A DNA stretch of 64,000 nt, from NCBI GenBank assembly GCA_964457085.1, contig CAYWDM010000003.1, positions 64,218-128,217 of the forward strand. Reading direction: 5' to 3'. Made by a program: the position numbers and the translations under genes. The notes under the pieces were generated by a model, which did no database searches, had not been told where the DNA came from, and saw only the letters and a program-made list of their open reading frames with translations. This DNA comes from an uncultured Pseudomonadales bacterium (GTDB lineage: Bacteria > Patescibacteriota > Microgenomatia > UBA1400 > PJMF01). Below are positions 37,757 to 47,233 of this stretch, piece by piece; the stretch's first letter is position 1; each line of letters starts with the position of its first letter.

Positions 37757-38581
37757 ATGCAGCAATATCTCGACCTTCTTAAATTTGTGTTGGAAAACGG
37801 AGAAGATAAAGGTGACTACAAAGGTGAGATTAATAATAGAGCTGTTTTTGGCTATACTGCCCGATATAATCTTCAAGAGGGCTTTCCATTACTGACAACT
37901 AAAAAACTACATTTGCGTTCAATACTCTATGAATTGCTATGGTTTTTGCAAGGTAGTACTGACAACCACTGGCTGAATGAACACAAAGTTAGCATTTGGG
38001 ATGAGTGGGCAACCGCAGAGGAGTGTGCTAAATTTGGTCGTGAGCCTGGCGATTTGGGCCCAATTTATGGGGCACAGTGGCGAAAGTGGCAGAAGCGAGA
38101 TGGTGGGGTCATTGATCAGATTGCCAATGTTATTGAAGAGATTAAAACGCGACCGTATTCCAAACGCTTGATTGTAACCGCCTGGAACCCAGAAGACGTG
38201 GAGCAAGTAACGCTCGCACCTTGTCACTCACTATTCAAATTTTATGTGGCTGGTGACAAGTTGTCACTGCAACTTTTTCAGCGCAGTGCGGATGTTTTCT
38301 TAGGGGTACCGTTTAATATTGCATCTTATTCATTGTTGCTGATGATGGTTGCCCAGGTCACCGGGTTGCGACCCTGGGAATTTGTCCACACCATGTCGGA
38401 CACGCACCTCTATCATATCCATATGGAGCAAGCGAAACTGCAGCTCACTCGTGAGCCCAGGTCATTGCCGAAAATGACGATTAATCCTGAAGTGAAGTCG
38501 ATAAATGATTTCAAATTTGAGGACTTTACGCTCAGCGACTACAACCCACATCCACATATTAAAGCTGCGGTTACGATTTAA
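37757..38581 (+). CDS. thyA: thymidylate synthase
   Basis: MQQYLDLL start, [24 protein letters not shown] active-site Cys motif. Confidence 0.95.
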   Translation: MQQYLDLLKFVLENGEDKGDYKGEINNRAVFGYTARYNLQEGFPLLTTKKLHLRSILYELLWFLQGSTDNHWLNEHKVSIWDEWATAEECAKFGREPGDLGPIYGAQWRKWQKRDGGVIDQIANVIEEIKTRPYSKRLIVTAWNPEDVEQVTLAPCHSLFKFYVAGDKLSLQLFQRSADVFLGVPFNIASYSLLLMMVAQVTGLRPWEFVHTMSDTHLYHIHMEQAKLQLTREPRSLPKMTINPEVKSINDFKFEDFTLSDYNPHPHIKAAVTI

Positions 38582-38609
38582 ATTCGTACCCATCAAATCG
38601 AAAGGATCG

Positions 38610-39788
38610 ATGCAAAATACACGCAAACAGTGGTTGGCTGCAAGTAAGGCTGGTTTGGCACTCTACGGTCATGATTTTTTGGCTACTTGGGATAAACCTT
38701 GGCCAGCAATTGAGTTGATGCTCTATACCGCCCAGCTTATTCGCGAGATGTACGCTGCCAAAATACCACTGCAGTATTTTCATAATCAAGTTGCAGTCTC
38801 GATTTTCAAAGATCTTTCGACGCGAACTAAGTACAGTTTCGAGTCAGCTGCTAATTTGATGGGTTTTGCAGTTCATGATCTTGACGAAAAACAATCGCAG
38901 GTTGGCCATGGTGAAACAGTGATGGAGACAGCTAACATGATTTCGTTTTTAACTGGCGTTATCGGTATCCGCGATGATAAATACGTGGGAGTGGGACATG
39001 CCTATCAGCAACAGGTTGCGAATTCCGTAGCTCAAGGTTTTGCTGAAGGTGGGTTGTTACAGCAACCACCAATAATTAATCTGCAATCAGATGAGGATCA
39101 CCCAACCCAATCGATGTCAGATCTGCTGCATTTGGCCAATTATTTTGGTGGCGTTGATAAAATTAGAGGTAAAAAAATTACCATTAGTTGGGCATATTCG
39201 CCAACATATGGCAAGCCATTATCGGTGCCTCAAGGTGCATTAGGATTATTGAGCCGTTTGGGCGTCGACCTCACTTTGGCACACCCAAAAGGATATGAAC
39301 TACTGCCGCACTTGATGACTAAAGCTCGAGATCAAGCCAATTTAAGTGGTGGTTCACTGATTGTCACTGATGATATGGCTGCAGCCTTCAAAGGTGCCGA
39401 TGTGGTTTATCCAAAATCTTGGGGTCCATACGACAAAATGTTGCGGCGAACTGAGTTGCTAAAAGTGAATGATCAGTCAGGGTTGACCTCTCTGCAGGCA
39501 GCTGAACTGCAGCAAAATGCACTGCACCAAGATTGGGAGTGTGATGAGGTTAAAATGAAGTCTACTAAAGGTGGCAAGGGTTTGTATTTGCATTGCTTGC
39601 CCGCAGATATCAGCGAGGTCAGCTGTAAACACGGCGAAGTATCTAAATCTGTATTCAACCGCTACCGCAAAGAAACCTATCTACAAGCCAGTTACAAACC
39701 ATTTGTAATTGCAGCCATGATGCTGCTGGGTGCAGGCGGTAAGGGTGGAGTGGAGTGGCTAAAAAAAGCTTCTGCAAAAGTTGGGTGA
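38610..39788 (+). CDS. aspartate/ornithine carbamoyltransferase family protein (long, YgeW-like)
   Basis: STRTKYSFE (STRTR-like CP-binding), HPTQ and HCLP motifs; 392 aa from ATG 38610 (AAAGGA RBS), longer than canonical OTC/ATC. Confidence 0.7.
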   Translation: MQNTRKQWLAASKAGLALYGHDFLATWDKPWPAIELMLYTAQLIREMYAAKIPLQYFHNQVAVSIFKDLSTRTKYSFESAANLMGFAVHDLDEKQSQVGHGETVMETANMISFLTGVIGIRDDKYVGVGHAYQQQVANSVAQGFAEGGLLQQPPIINLQSDEDHPTQSMSDLLHLANYFGGVDKIRGKKITISWAYSPTYGKPLSVPQGALGLLSRLGVDLTLAHPKGYELLPHLMTKARDQANLSGGSLIVTDDMAAAFKGADVVYPKSWGPYDKMLRRTELLKVNDQSGLTSLQAAELQQNALHQDWECDEVKMKSTKGGKGLYLHCLPADISEVSCKHGEVSKSVFNRYRKETYLQASYKPFVIAAMMLLGAGGKGGVEWLKKASAKVG

Positions 39789-39795
39789 GCGGTTA

Positions 39796-40242
39796 TCATC
39801 CTATTGGAAACTTCACCACATGCGCCCTGCCTGTTCGTCGATTGATTTTTGGCACAATCAAATGAAAGTGCAGGTGGCAAACAGTGGCACCCGTATGCAC
39901 TGTGTCACCAAATCGCAGTGTTAAACCACCACCAGCTAATTTGAATTCATTTTGTGCCCAAGCAGCCAGTTGTTTTACTGCGCTCAAATCATCGATTGTC
40001 AGTTCATCAAGTGCTTCTTTATGGATAGTGCTAATGATTAGAAAATGTTCTGCTGCATGTTTATATGGCCAACTGTTGCGGGTAATCAACCAATCACCAC
40101 ATTTTTTCAGGATTGGCTCTTTATGGTATTTGAAATGTTCAGGACAAAAAGGACAGGTGCCAGCTTCGCTTACAGACTCTAATATCTGGCGATATTCATC
40201 GCTTTTGGCATAGGTGGGATCAACCACTTTTTTTGCTGTCAT
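39796..40242 (-). CDS. HIT-family protein
   Basis: CPFC N-terminal and HLHFHLI histidine triad. Confidence 0.6.
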   Translation of the reverse strand: MTAKKVVDPTYAKSDEYRQILESVSEAGTCPFCPEHFKYHKEPILKKCGDWLITRNSWPYKHAAEHFLIISTIHKEALDELTIDDLSAVKQLAAWAQNEFKLAGGGLTLRFGDTVHTGATVCHLHFHLIVPKINRRTGRAHVVKFPIG

Positions 40243-40319
40243 AGTGGGAATATATCACTGGGAGTGTTGTATAGCTACCGACTCGTGTTTCCCCAATAGT
40301 TGAGTTACTATGGGAACAT

Positions 40320-41504
40320 ATGAGTGATGGTGAAATGAGAAAAGCAGCAGGTTTCGAGCAACAGCGTTTGAGGGAGACTACCACGCCCGAGGCTTTAGTT
40401 GATGCAGTGGTCCAAGCTGAATTTCAAACGAAAGATTCTCAAACCACCCTAGCATTAGTGGCTGGAGAAGCTATTCAACCTGGAAAAGATCAGCTGTCGG
40501 CGACAGTTAATACAGAGGCGGCGATAGTAATTCTTCAAACTCTTCAACAAAAACGATTGAGTCGAGAAGACGCAGCGAAAGAAAGTCCTGAGTTGAATCA
40601 AGCTGAAACTGCCCGGGCTTTTCAATCAGCGATTGATGATTTGGTAGCAACTCAGTGCATTAGTCTTGAGCTTGCGGCACAAGTTGCACAGATTTTACCA
40701 GTCGAAAACTTAAAAACAGTTAAGGGTAACTATGCCCGGTTTGGATATCTTTCTGATACTTTCCCTAAGGATCGAAGCGGAGCCGGGATAATTGAAGTTG
40801 GTGACAAAATTATTGCTACTTTTGCTGAAAAAATCCGACAAACTGCACTCCAGGCAGGCGTGGAATTAACCGAGACACAATGTCAGGAGGTTGCGACTAA
40901 GCGGGTACTCATGCATGAGTATGGGCATGCGGTTAAACAGACTAAAAAAATAGTAGCGTTTGAATCTGCGGTGGCTGCTGGAGAAAAGGATGAGGAATAT
41001 CACCTTCGCAATAGTCTTGAAAATACAACGAATGCAAAAATTGCTGCAGTGGCACCCTGTCCAGAATTGGCTCAGGTATTTGTTGGTGAGCCAGTCGATT
41101 CTTCTCGGGCAGCAACCGAGTTGCTAACCATGGATGAACGAATAGCAAGTGGGTTTGAACTGATTGGTTTGTCACAAGCGTTGCAGAAAATTGGAGTCTC
41201 TGGGGAGCAGTCTCAAGCCATGATCAAAAGCATCATGCAAGAGGAGGCACTGAAGTTTCGAGAGAAACAAATGGTTATAGAATTTGCGAGATCAAAAGGG
41301 TTATCGATTACTCAACTCAACGATGCCACAAGTTCACTTTTCATTTCCTTGCATCAGGAACACCCAGAGTTGGCAGAGTTATGTCGAGGTGGGTTTAATG
41401 CTGCATTTATGGGGTACAATTTTCCTCTGACTTTGAGCGAAATTACCAGATTTTGTCAGTCAGATATACTGACTGAACTTGAAAAGAAACCAATCGTTTC
41501 ATAG
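40320..41504 (+). CDS. hypothetical protein with HExxH motif
   Basis: 394 aa; single HEYGHAV zinc-metalloprotease-like motif, otherwise unassigned. Confidence 0.4.
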   Translation: MSDGEMRKAAGFEQQRLRETTTPEALVDAVVQAEFQTKDSQTTLALVAGEAIQPGKDQLSATVNTEAAIVILQTLQQKRLSREDAAKESPELNQAETARAFQSAIDDLVATQCISLELAAQVAQILPVENLKTVKGNYARFGYLSDTFPKDRSGAGIIEVGDKIIATFAEKIRQTALQAGVELTETQCQEVATKRVLMHEYGHAVKQTKKIVAFESAVAAGEKDEEYHLRNSLENTTNAKIAAVAPCPELAQVFVGEPVDSSRAATELLTMDERIASGFELIGLSQALQKIGVSGEQSQAMIKSIMQEEALKFREKQMVIEFARSKGLSITQLNDATSSLFISLHQEHPELAELCRGGFNAAFMGYNFPLTLSEITRFCQSDILTELEKKPIVS

Positions 41505-41536
41505 TCATTTTTATTTTTGTCGAGTACACTACCTTC

Positions 41537-42118
41537 ATGGAAGTTTTTATAATTGCAGCAATTACACTTGATGGATACATTGGCCGAACTGCGAGTGACC
41601 GGTCGTTTGATTGGACAACGGCTGAAGACAAGGCAGAATATATTTCTAAAATCAAGGAGTCTAAGCATTTGGTGATGGGGAATACTACACTGCGTATCGT
41701 TAAAAGATTTCCAGTTGATACCACGGTATATGCGTATACCAGACAACCAGAACAATTTTCTGCCGAAGGCTTGAGTCATGCGGCTACCTACCAGCCGACT
41801 TTCGAAAAACCTAGCGAGTTAGTCGAGCGGTTGACGGCAAGTGGGGTGCAGCAATTAGCAATTTGTGGCGGTGCCAGCATCTATCAACAATTTTTAGTAG
41901 CGGGTGTGGTTAATAAGCTCTATCTCACTATTGAACCAGTGTTATTTGGTCGAGGAATTAAATTGTTTGGTGAATCTATGGAAAACCGGCTGCAACTAGT
42001 TGAGAGTCGAGTACTCAATAGTCATGGGTCAGTTTGGCTTGAATACGATGTGCTGCCTGCCGGTGAGCTACAAAACACTAGTAATGATTTGCTAGAAAAA
42101 ACACTCTATGAAAGTTAA
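41537..42118 (+). CDS. folA: dihydrofolate reductase family protein
   Basis: MEVFIIAAITLDGYIG start and ICGGASIYQQFL region parallel DHFR (IAA...IG / GGG.VY..FL). Confidence 0.6.
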   Translation: MEVFIIAAITLDGYIGRTASDRSFDWTTAEDKAEYISKIKESKHLVMGNTTLRIVKRFPVDTTVYAYTRQPEQFSAEGLSHAATYQPTFEKPSELVERLTASGVQQLAICGGASIYQQFLVAGVVNKLYLTIEPVLFGRGIKLFGESMENRLQLVESRVLNSHGSVWLEYDVLPAGELQNTSNDLLEKTLYES

Positions 42119-42542
42119 ACTCAAATTATTTGATACCACATTACCAACTCCAGCATATAAAACAGCGGGAGCAGCGGCCTTTGACTTGTATGCTCGGTTA
42201 GAAGTAACTATTCCAGCCCATCAAGTAGGATATGTGCCACTGAACATCGCGCTCCAGTTGCCCAGTAACTGTTGGGCACAGGTCTCGGCTCGAAGCTCTT
42301 TGCACAAGCGTGGGCTAATTTTAGCCAACGGTATTGGGGTTGGTGATAGTGATTATCGAGGTAATAACGACGAATATATTGCAGCACTGCTTAATTTTAC
42401 TGATCAGCCGGTAGTCGTTGAACGTGGGGAGCGGGTAGTGCAGATGATTATTATGGAGCGAGAAAAAACAGAATTTGAGCTGGTGACTGAGTTTGTAGAT
42501 AGTGATGATCGAGGTGGTTTCGGGAGTACTGGGAAACACTAG
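42108..42542 (+). CDS. dut: dUTP diphosphatase
   Basis: ARSSLHKRG, GVGDSDYRGN, DRGGFGSTG motifs III-V. Confidence 0.9.
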   Translation: MKVKLKLFDTTLPTPAYKTAGAAAFDLYARLEVTIPAHQVGYVPLNIALQLPSNCWAQVSARSSLHKRGLILANGIGVGDSDYRGNNDEYIAALLNFTDQPVVVERGERVVQMIIMEREKTEFELVTEFVDSDDRGGFGSTGKH

Positions 42543-42573
42543 ATTGTAACCAGATGTTAATGGTGATAAGTTA

Positions 42574-43218
42574 GTGTCTATGGATACTAATTCGAATAAG
42601 ATGGAACCCCTAACAACTAATGATTCAGTTTTACCAAGCGAGTCAGACAGTGATAAATCATCAGCGACAGTTGACCAACTGCCTCCGGTTGACGCGCCAG
42701 AGATGCAGATGAATCATAAGTTCCAATCAAAAAAATTCCCAAAAAAACTGAAGTATATTTTTGCAAGTGCATTGTTGCTACTGTTGGTAGTTGGGGCAGC
42801 TGCAGCCTTTTTTTTAACCCAGACCAACCAGGATTTAAGACAGCAGGCTGCTGGAGCAACGTACGTTCGCTGTCAGAAAGGTGGTTTTTGCCCACTCGGC
42901 TCTGATTGTAATAAAGCTACTGGTATCTGTGAGGCAAAGCAGAAATGTAAATCACATGAGGCATGTCCTTCCACTAGTTTATGTAGCCCACAAGGTTTTT
43001 GTGAGCCAAAAAGATTTTGTACTACAAGTCGTGAGTGTAAGGGTACCGAGATTTGTCCGGGTAGTATTTGTGTGCCTTGTAGTAAAAAGGGGGAAGGCGG
43101 CTGGGTGTCAGGTGGAAAAGACACATGTTGTCCAGGGTTAAAGTTAAAACAATTGGATAAAACTTGCAATAAGTGGCCAAAATATACTCCATGCCCTGAG
43201 CAGCGATGCTCACCCTAA
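42574..43218 (+). CDS. cysteine-rich membrane-anchored protein
   Basis: 214 aa; N-terminal TM (ALLLLLVVGAAAAFFL), C-terminal 130 aa with ~24 Cys in repeated C-x-x-x-x-C / GxC spacing. Confidence 0.45.
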   Translation: MSMDTNSNKMEPLTTNDSVLPSESDSDKSSATVDQLPPVDAPEMQMNHKFQSKKFPKKLKYIFASALLLLLVVGAAAAFFLTQTNQDLRQQAAGATYVRCQKGGFCPLGSDCNKATGICEAKQKCKSHEACPSTSLCSPQGFCEPKRFCTTSRECKGTEICPGSICVPCSKKGEGGWVSGGKDTCCPGLKLKQLDKTCNKWPKYTPCPEQRCSP

Positions 43219-43387
43219 GAATATGAAATTGTGAGTTAGCCTGGGTGTATTCCTTTTAGAATACCTAACTTCGGATTTCCCATTTCTGTTGTAAATTCTG
43301 ACCTCAAAAACACAACATCTTGTGTTTTGAGTATATTTTGTACACTTGTAAGCCGGTTATTTTCTGCGTACTCTGTGATATGTAGTT

Positions 43388-44179
43388 TTGACATATCAAG
43401 AACTTGTGGTCGAGCAAATACGCACAGCACCAGCTCCGTGGAATAGAGAAAACCTCACTGTTGATGAGTTGGCAGTTATCGACCACTTAACTCGAAAGTG
43501 GCACGGATCATTACCAGTTTTTGAAGGTCCAAATAGGCGATTGCCTGTTGTACAGGCAGTGCTCCATGGCGAAAATGCTGAAGCATTGGCAGAGAGAGAA
43601 CAAGAGGGCACAGCAGCTTTTAATCCTCGTGCTGCCCAAAAAGAATCACTCGACATCGCGGTCCCAGTTCACGCATTTGCGATGAGGCGAGGTTTTGAGA
43701 TTGATTTGCAAGAAATTCGTCGCAGGATGGATGGCTACGGCAAGACATCGCACATCTACGATTACATCAAAGAGATAATCGGCAATTTGCCAGAATCTCA
43801 GGCTTTAGAGAAAGAACTTCAGTGGTTGCTAACTCAGGTTTATTCAATGATGTGGCATTTACCTGAGATTAACTCACCAGCGGAGATCGTGAAGCCGAAA
43901 ATGAAAGAGAACAAGCGAAACTATCCTGAGATGTATTACACGCTTATTCATCCAGAAACTGGAAAAATATTAACACCTGAAGAACAAGAACTGAGATACA
44001 TTCACTCGAATCGGTGTATGCGGTTAGTTCGGAGAACCTTTAACCGCACTAATGGGTTATATTGGACAGACCATGTGCCTCATGCACCCCTCATTCTTGA
44101 CTTTTTGCATGCAGAACGTAATTATCAAGCATTAGTAGAAGCAATGGAGCAGATCAAAAAATTACCGTTGGCGGTGTGA
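43388..44179 (+). CDS. hypothetical protein
   Basis: 263 aa ORF, no recognisable motif. Confidence 0.4.
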   Translation: MTYQELVVEQIRTAPAPWNRENLTVDELAVIDHLTRKWHGSLPVFEGPNRRLPVVQAVLHGENAEALAEREQEGTAAFNPRAAQKESLDIAVPVHAFAMRRGFEIDLQEIRRRMDGYGKTSHIYDYIKEIIGNLPESQALEKELQWLLTQVYSMMWHLPEINSPAEIVKPKMKENKRNYPEMYYTLIHPETGKILTPEEQELRYIHSNRCMRLVRRTFNRTNGLYWTDHVPHAPLILDFLHAERNYQALVEAMEQIKKLPLAV

Positions 44180-44190
44180 AAGGATAAGTT

Positions 44191-44838
44191 ATGGCAGCAA
44201 CAGGATATTTAATTACTTTTGAAGGCGGTGAAGGTGTGGGCAAAACCACCCAAGTGGCGTTGTTAAAAGAGCGGTTCCAGAAAATTGGCAAAGAAGTAGT
44301 TATCCTCAGAGAACCAGGTGGCACAGTGATTAGTGAGCAAATTCGAGAAGTGGTTTTGGCCAAAAAAAATGCTGCTATGTCAGATACCACTGAAGTATTG
44401 CTTTTTCAGGCTGCGAGAGCTCAAATTTATCAAGAATTAGTAATTCCGGCACTGGCCAAAGGTAAAATTGTGTTAATGGATAGATCTCGTGATAGTAGTG
44501 TGGTGTACCAGGGAATGGTACGTGGTTTTGGCAAGAAATTAATTGAACAACTAAATGATATCTCTACCAGTAAAACGCATCCAAATCTGACTTTTTTACT
44601 CGATGTTTCGGTTGATATCGGCTTAAAGAGACGAGAGGATGATGGCGATACCAATCGGCTGGAAGATGAAGCAAAAACCTTTCATCGAAAAGTTCGAGCT
44701 GCCTATCAACAATTAGCAGAAGAAAACCAAGGTCGTCGCTGGCATGTCATTGATGCCAAAAAACATATTGATGAAGTTGAAAAAGTGATTTGGGAGATTA
44801 TTAGCACTAAATTAAAACTGGATAACGACGAGAGATAA
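44191..44838 (+). CDS. tmk: thymidylate kinase
   Basis: ITFEGGEGVGKTTQ P-loop, DRS lid region. Confidence 0.9.
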   Translation: MAATGYLITFEGGEGVGKTTQVALLKERFQKIGKEVVILREPGGTVISEQIREVVLAKKNAAMSDTTEVLLFQAARAQIYQELVIPALAKGKIVLMDRSRDSSVVYQGMVRGFGKKLIEQLNDISTSKTHPNLTFLLDVSVDIGLKRREDDGDTNRLEDEAKTFHRKVRAAYQQLAEENQGRRWHVIDAKKHIDEVEKVIWEIISTKLKLDNDER

Positions 44839-44841
44839 CAG

Positions 44842-45453
44842 ATGCAAAAACTTCCAAAAGCAGTTAGGTTATTGATTGAGAAATTCGAACGCTTGCCTGG
44901 TATTGGTCCAAAATCAGCCCAACGCCTGGTGTTTTATTTGCTACATAACTCAGATCATGAACTCAATGAGTTTGCGTCACGGTTGGTAGCACTCAAGCGC
45001 GATACAAAAACTTGTAGTATCTGTCATTTTGTTGCTGAAACGGACCCTTGTCCAATTTGTGATGATGCATCTCGTGACCGGACGCAATTATGTGTGGTAG
45101 AGCAGGCATTAGATGTTTTGGCAATTGAGCGTTCTGAGCGGTTCAACGGTATTTATCATGTGTTGCATGGTTCTATTTCGCCACTTAACAACATTGGTCC
45201 AGATCAGTTGTATTTGCGTGATATTCTTGGTCGATTGGGTGAGGTTCAGGAATTGATTATCGCTACCAATCCTACTATGGAAGGCGAAGCGACTGCACTA
45301 TATATTACTGAATTTATCAAGAAATCCAGTCAAATAAACCAAGATTTGTTGCAAATTAGTCGAATTGGACATGGGCTGCCGGTCGGTGCTGATATTGAGT
45401 ATGCGGATGGCGTTACATTGGCACGAGCACTTGAGGGTCGTCGTCACATGTAG
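44842..45453 (+). CDS. recR: recombination protein RecR
   Basis: HhH LPGIGPKSAQRL, C4 zinc finger CSICHFVAETDPCPIC, Toprim domain. Confidence 0.9.
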   Translation: MQKLPKAVRLLIEKFERLPGIGPKSAQRLVFYLLHNSDHELNEFASRLVALKRDTKTCSICHFVAETDPCPICDDASRDRTQLCVVEQALDVLAIERSERFNGIYHVLHGSISPLNNIGPDQLYLRDILGRLGEVQELIIATNPTMEGEATALYITEFIKKSSQINQDLLQISRIGHGLPVGADIEYADGVTLARALEGRRHM

Positions 45454-45644
45454 TTTTTTTCGAGTGTTGGCGAGATATAGTGGAAAAACTGGCCATGTCA
45501 GTGTGTTTTTTTACTTGAGCACCTACAACTCTCATGCTATGGTTACAGTTGCATGGCATCAGTCACTGCACATACACCGTACCAGCCCGAAATAGGGTGG
45601 CGGTTTTTTTATTACCTCAATGGTGTTTTTTGCAGTGATCATGA

Positions 45645-45698
45645 TTGATGTCAGCAGTAGGTGTACTAAATATCCCTATTTTATAGGGCAAAAGGAGG
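45645..45698 (+). promoter_or_regulatory. candidate promoter (TTGATG-16-TAAATA), leader hairpin and RBS of hpf
   Basis: -35/-10-like hexamers at 45645-45650/45667-45672; 6-bp hairpin ccctat-ttta-taggg (45674-45688) abutting AAAGGAGG RBS (45691-45698). Confidence 0.3.
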
Positions 45699-45705
45699 CA
45701 CACAC

Positions 45706-46044
45706 ATGCAGGTGATTGTTCAGGCAAAGACACTTCCAGTTACAGCAGCGCTTCGAGCGTTTGTAGAGCGACAGGCACAAAAATTAGTCAAGTTTGGAGT
45801 AAAAATAACTAAAGTTCGAGTGTATATGGAGAATGTGGCACGTAAAACGAGTGACCCACGTCGCAGTGAAGTTAGATATAAGGTTGAAGTCCCAGGCAAA
45901 GATTTGGTGGTGGAGAAGAAAGGGAATGATTTGTATGTGGTGGTGACTGAAGCCACTACAGGAGTGATGCGTCAACTTGCAAGACTTAAGGAGAAGCATC
46001 TTGGTAGGAAACGCCACACAACTACAGAAACCAACCAAATTTGA
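45706..46044 (+). CDS. hpf: ribosome hibernation promoting factor (RaiA/HPF, short form)
   Basis: S30EA family pattern MQVIVQAK..T..L...V......L......KV.V, 112 aa. Confidence 0.8.
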   Translation: MQVIVQAKTLPVTAALRAFVERQAQKLVKFGVKITKVRVYMENVARKTSDPRRSEVRYKVEVPGKDLVVEKKGNDLYVVVTEATTGVMRQLARLKEKHLGRKRHTTTETNQI

Positions 46045-46063
46045 GTATCTACGGATCAAGTAA

Positions 46064-46573
46064 TTGAGTATTAAGCTTGTCAAAAACTCGTCGTCACAGT
46101 ATCCTGACTATATGACTGATTCAGCCACACCGTCAGGACAACAAAATCTCACCCAACAACTACCGTCCGTAGTTGATGATCAAGTTACTCAACCAATTAC
46201 TGATCCATCAGGTGCCAATCCAAATGATCCTGCTACAGCCAATCCACTAGACGCACTCGAGCAAATTCTCAAAGATGCGAAAGCGAAAGCGGGAAAAAAA
46301 CCAGAAGAGAGTGCTGTCGCCGCGGCACCACCTGCTGAGCCAGTTGCAGATGAAGCAACTCGATTAGCAGCTATCGCTGTTAAAGCAGAAGCTCAAGAAG
46401 TGGTTGATTCAGCCGCAATAGATGTACAACTTGACGCTCTCAAACAAGTTGCAGAGATGCCGGCATATGTTGCTCGTGTGGAACAAGATAAACAGAAGAA
46501 ACAACAAGAAGACGAGAAAAAACAGATGGCCGATGAAAATGCCATCATGCAGCTTAGTCATACCAAAATTTAG
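46064..46573 (+). CDS. hypothetical low-complexity (Ala/Pro/Gln-rich) protein
   Basis: 169 aa, compositionally biased, charged C-terminus. Confidence 0.4.
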   Translation: MSIKLVKNSSSQYPDYMTDSATPSGQQNLTQQLPSVVDDQVTQPITDPSGANPNDPATANPLDALEQILKDAKAKAGKKPEESAVAAAPPAEPVADEATRLAAIAVKAEAQEVVDSAAIDVQLDALKQVAEMPAYVARVEQDKQKKQQEDEKKQMADENAIMQLSHTKI

Positions 46574-46581
46574 GGATTTTT

Positions 46582-47175
46582 ATGTCTGATTTCGGTAGTG
46601 AAGGTGGAGGATACGTGCCCAGCCAGTCACAGAGCTCGGCGAAGTCGACTATGCCAGGCTCGCCATCGCTTGGTAGTCCATTTGCCGGCAACTCACCAAT
46701 GGGTGGCATGGGTGGAATGGGTGGCCTGGGTGGGGCATCTCCAGCGGGCAAGCCAACACCACCAAGAAATGTCGGCTCAATTGTCGAGGAGACAGTCAAG
46801 AGACCCGCTGAGGATATCGTTAAAGAGGCAAAGTCATTTTTTGATCTGAATCGTTTACTTGGTATTAATCCAGAAACAGATGGACCAGAGCAGCAAGCAC
46901 ATAAACAACAGTTGCATTCGAAGTGGCAAAGCATGACTCAGTCTGAGCAGCAGGTGGCACAACAACGGTATCAACAACTCGCAAAACAGAAACAAGTTGC
47001 GGAGCAGCAGAAAGCTGACTCACAGCGACAAAATGCCCAGCAGCAACAGTTAGTGATGCCAACAAGTACTAAAAAGGGTGCTGAGGGTCCAGGCGGAGGG
47101 AGTCGCAAGAAAATGATGACTCAACAGCTTAATCAAAACAGACAAAGCTTCAATAAAACTTCAAGCTCTGGCTAA
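46582..47175 (+). CDS. hypothetical low-complexity (Gly/Met/Gln-rich) protein
   Basis: 197 aa; GMGGMGGLGG repeat, Q-rich coiled segment. Confidence 0.4.
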   Translation: MSDFGSEGGGYVPSQSQSSAKSTMPGSPSLGSPFAGNSPMGGMGGMGGLGGASPAGKPTPPRNVGSIVEETVKRPAEDIVKEAKSFFDLNRLLGINPETDGPEQQAHKQQLHSKWQSMTQSEQQVAQQRYQQLAKQKQVAEQQKADSQRQNAQQQQLVMPTSTKKGAEGPGGGSRKKMMTQQLNQNRQSFNKTSSSG

Positions 47176-47233
47176 CACTGCACCCTGAAAACTTGGTACA
47201 ATCAAGTTAGAACCTTGCAGTACAATAACCACC

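Noticed and set aside
38505-38609. Upstream extension of the carbamoyltransferase ORF overlapping thyA
   Set aside because: The extension overlaps the 3' end of thyA in another frame. An ATG at 38610 with an AAAGGA RBS sits right after the thyA stop.
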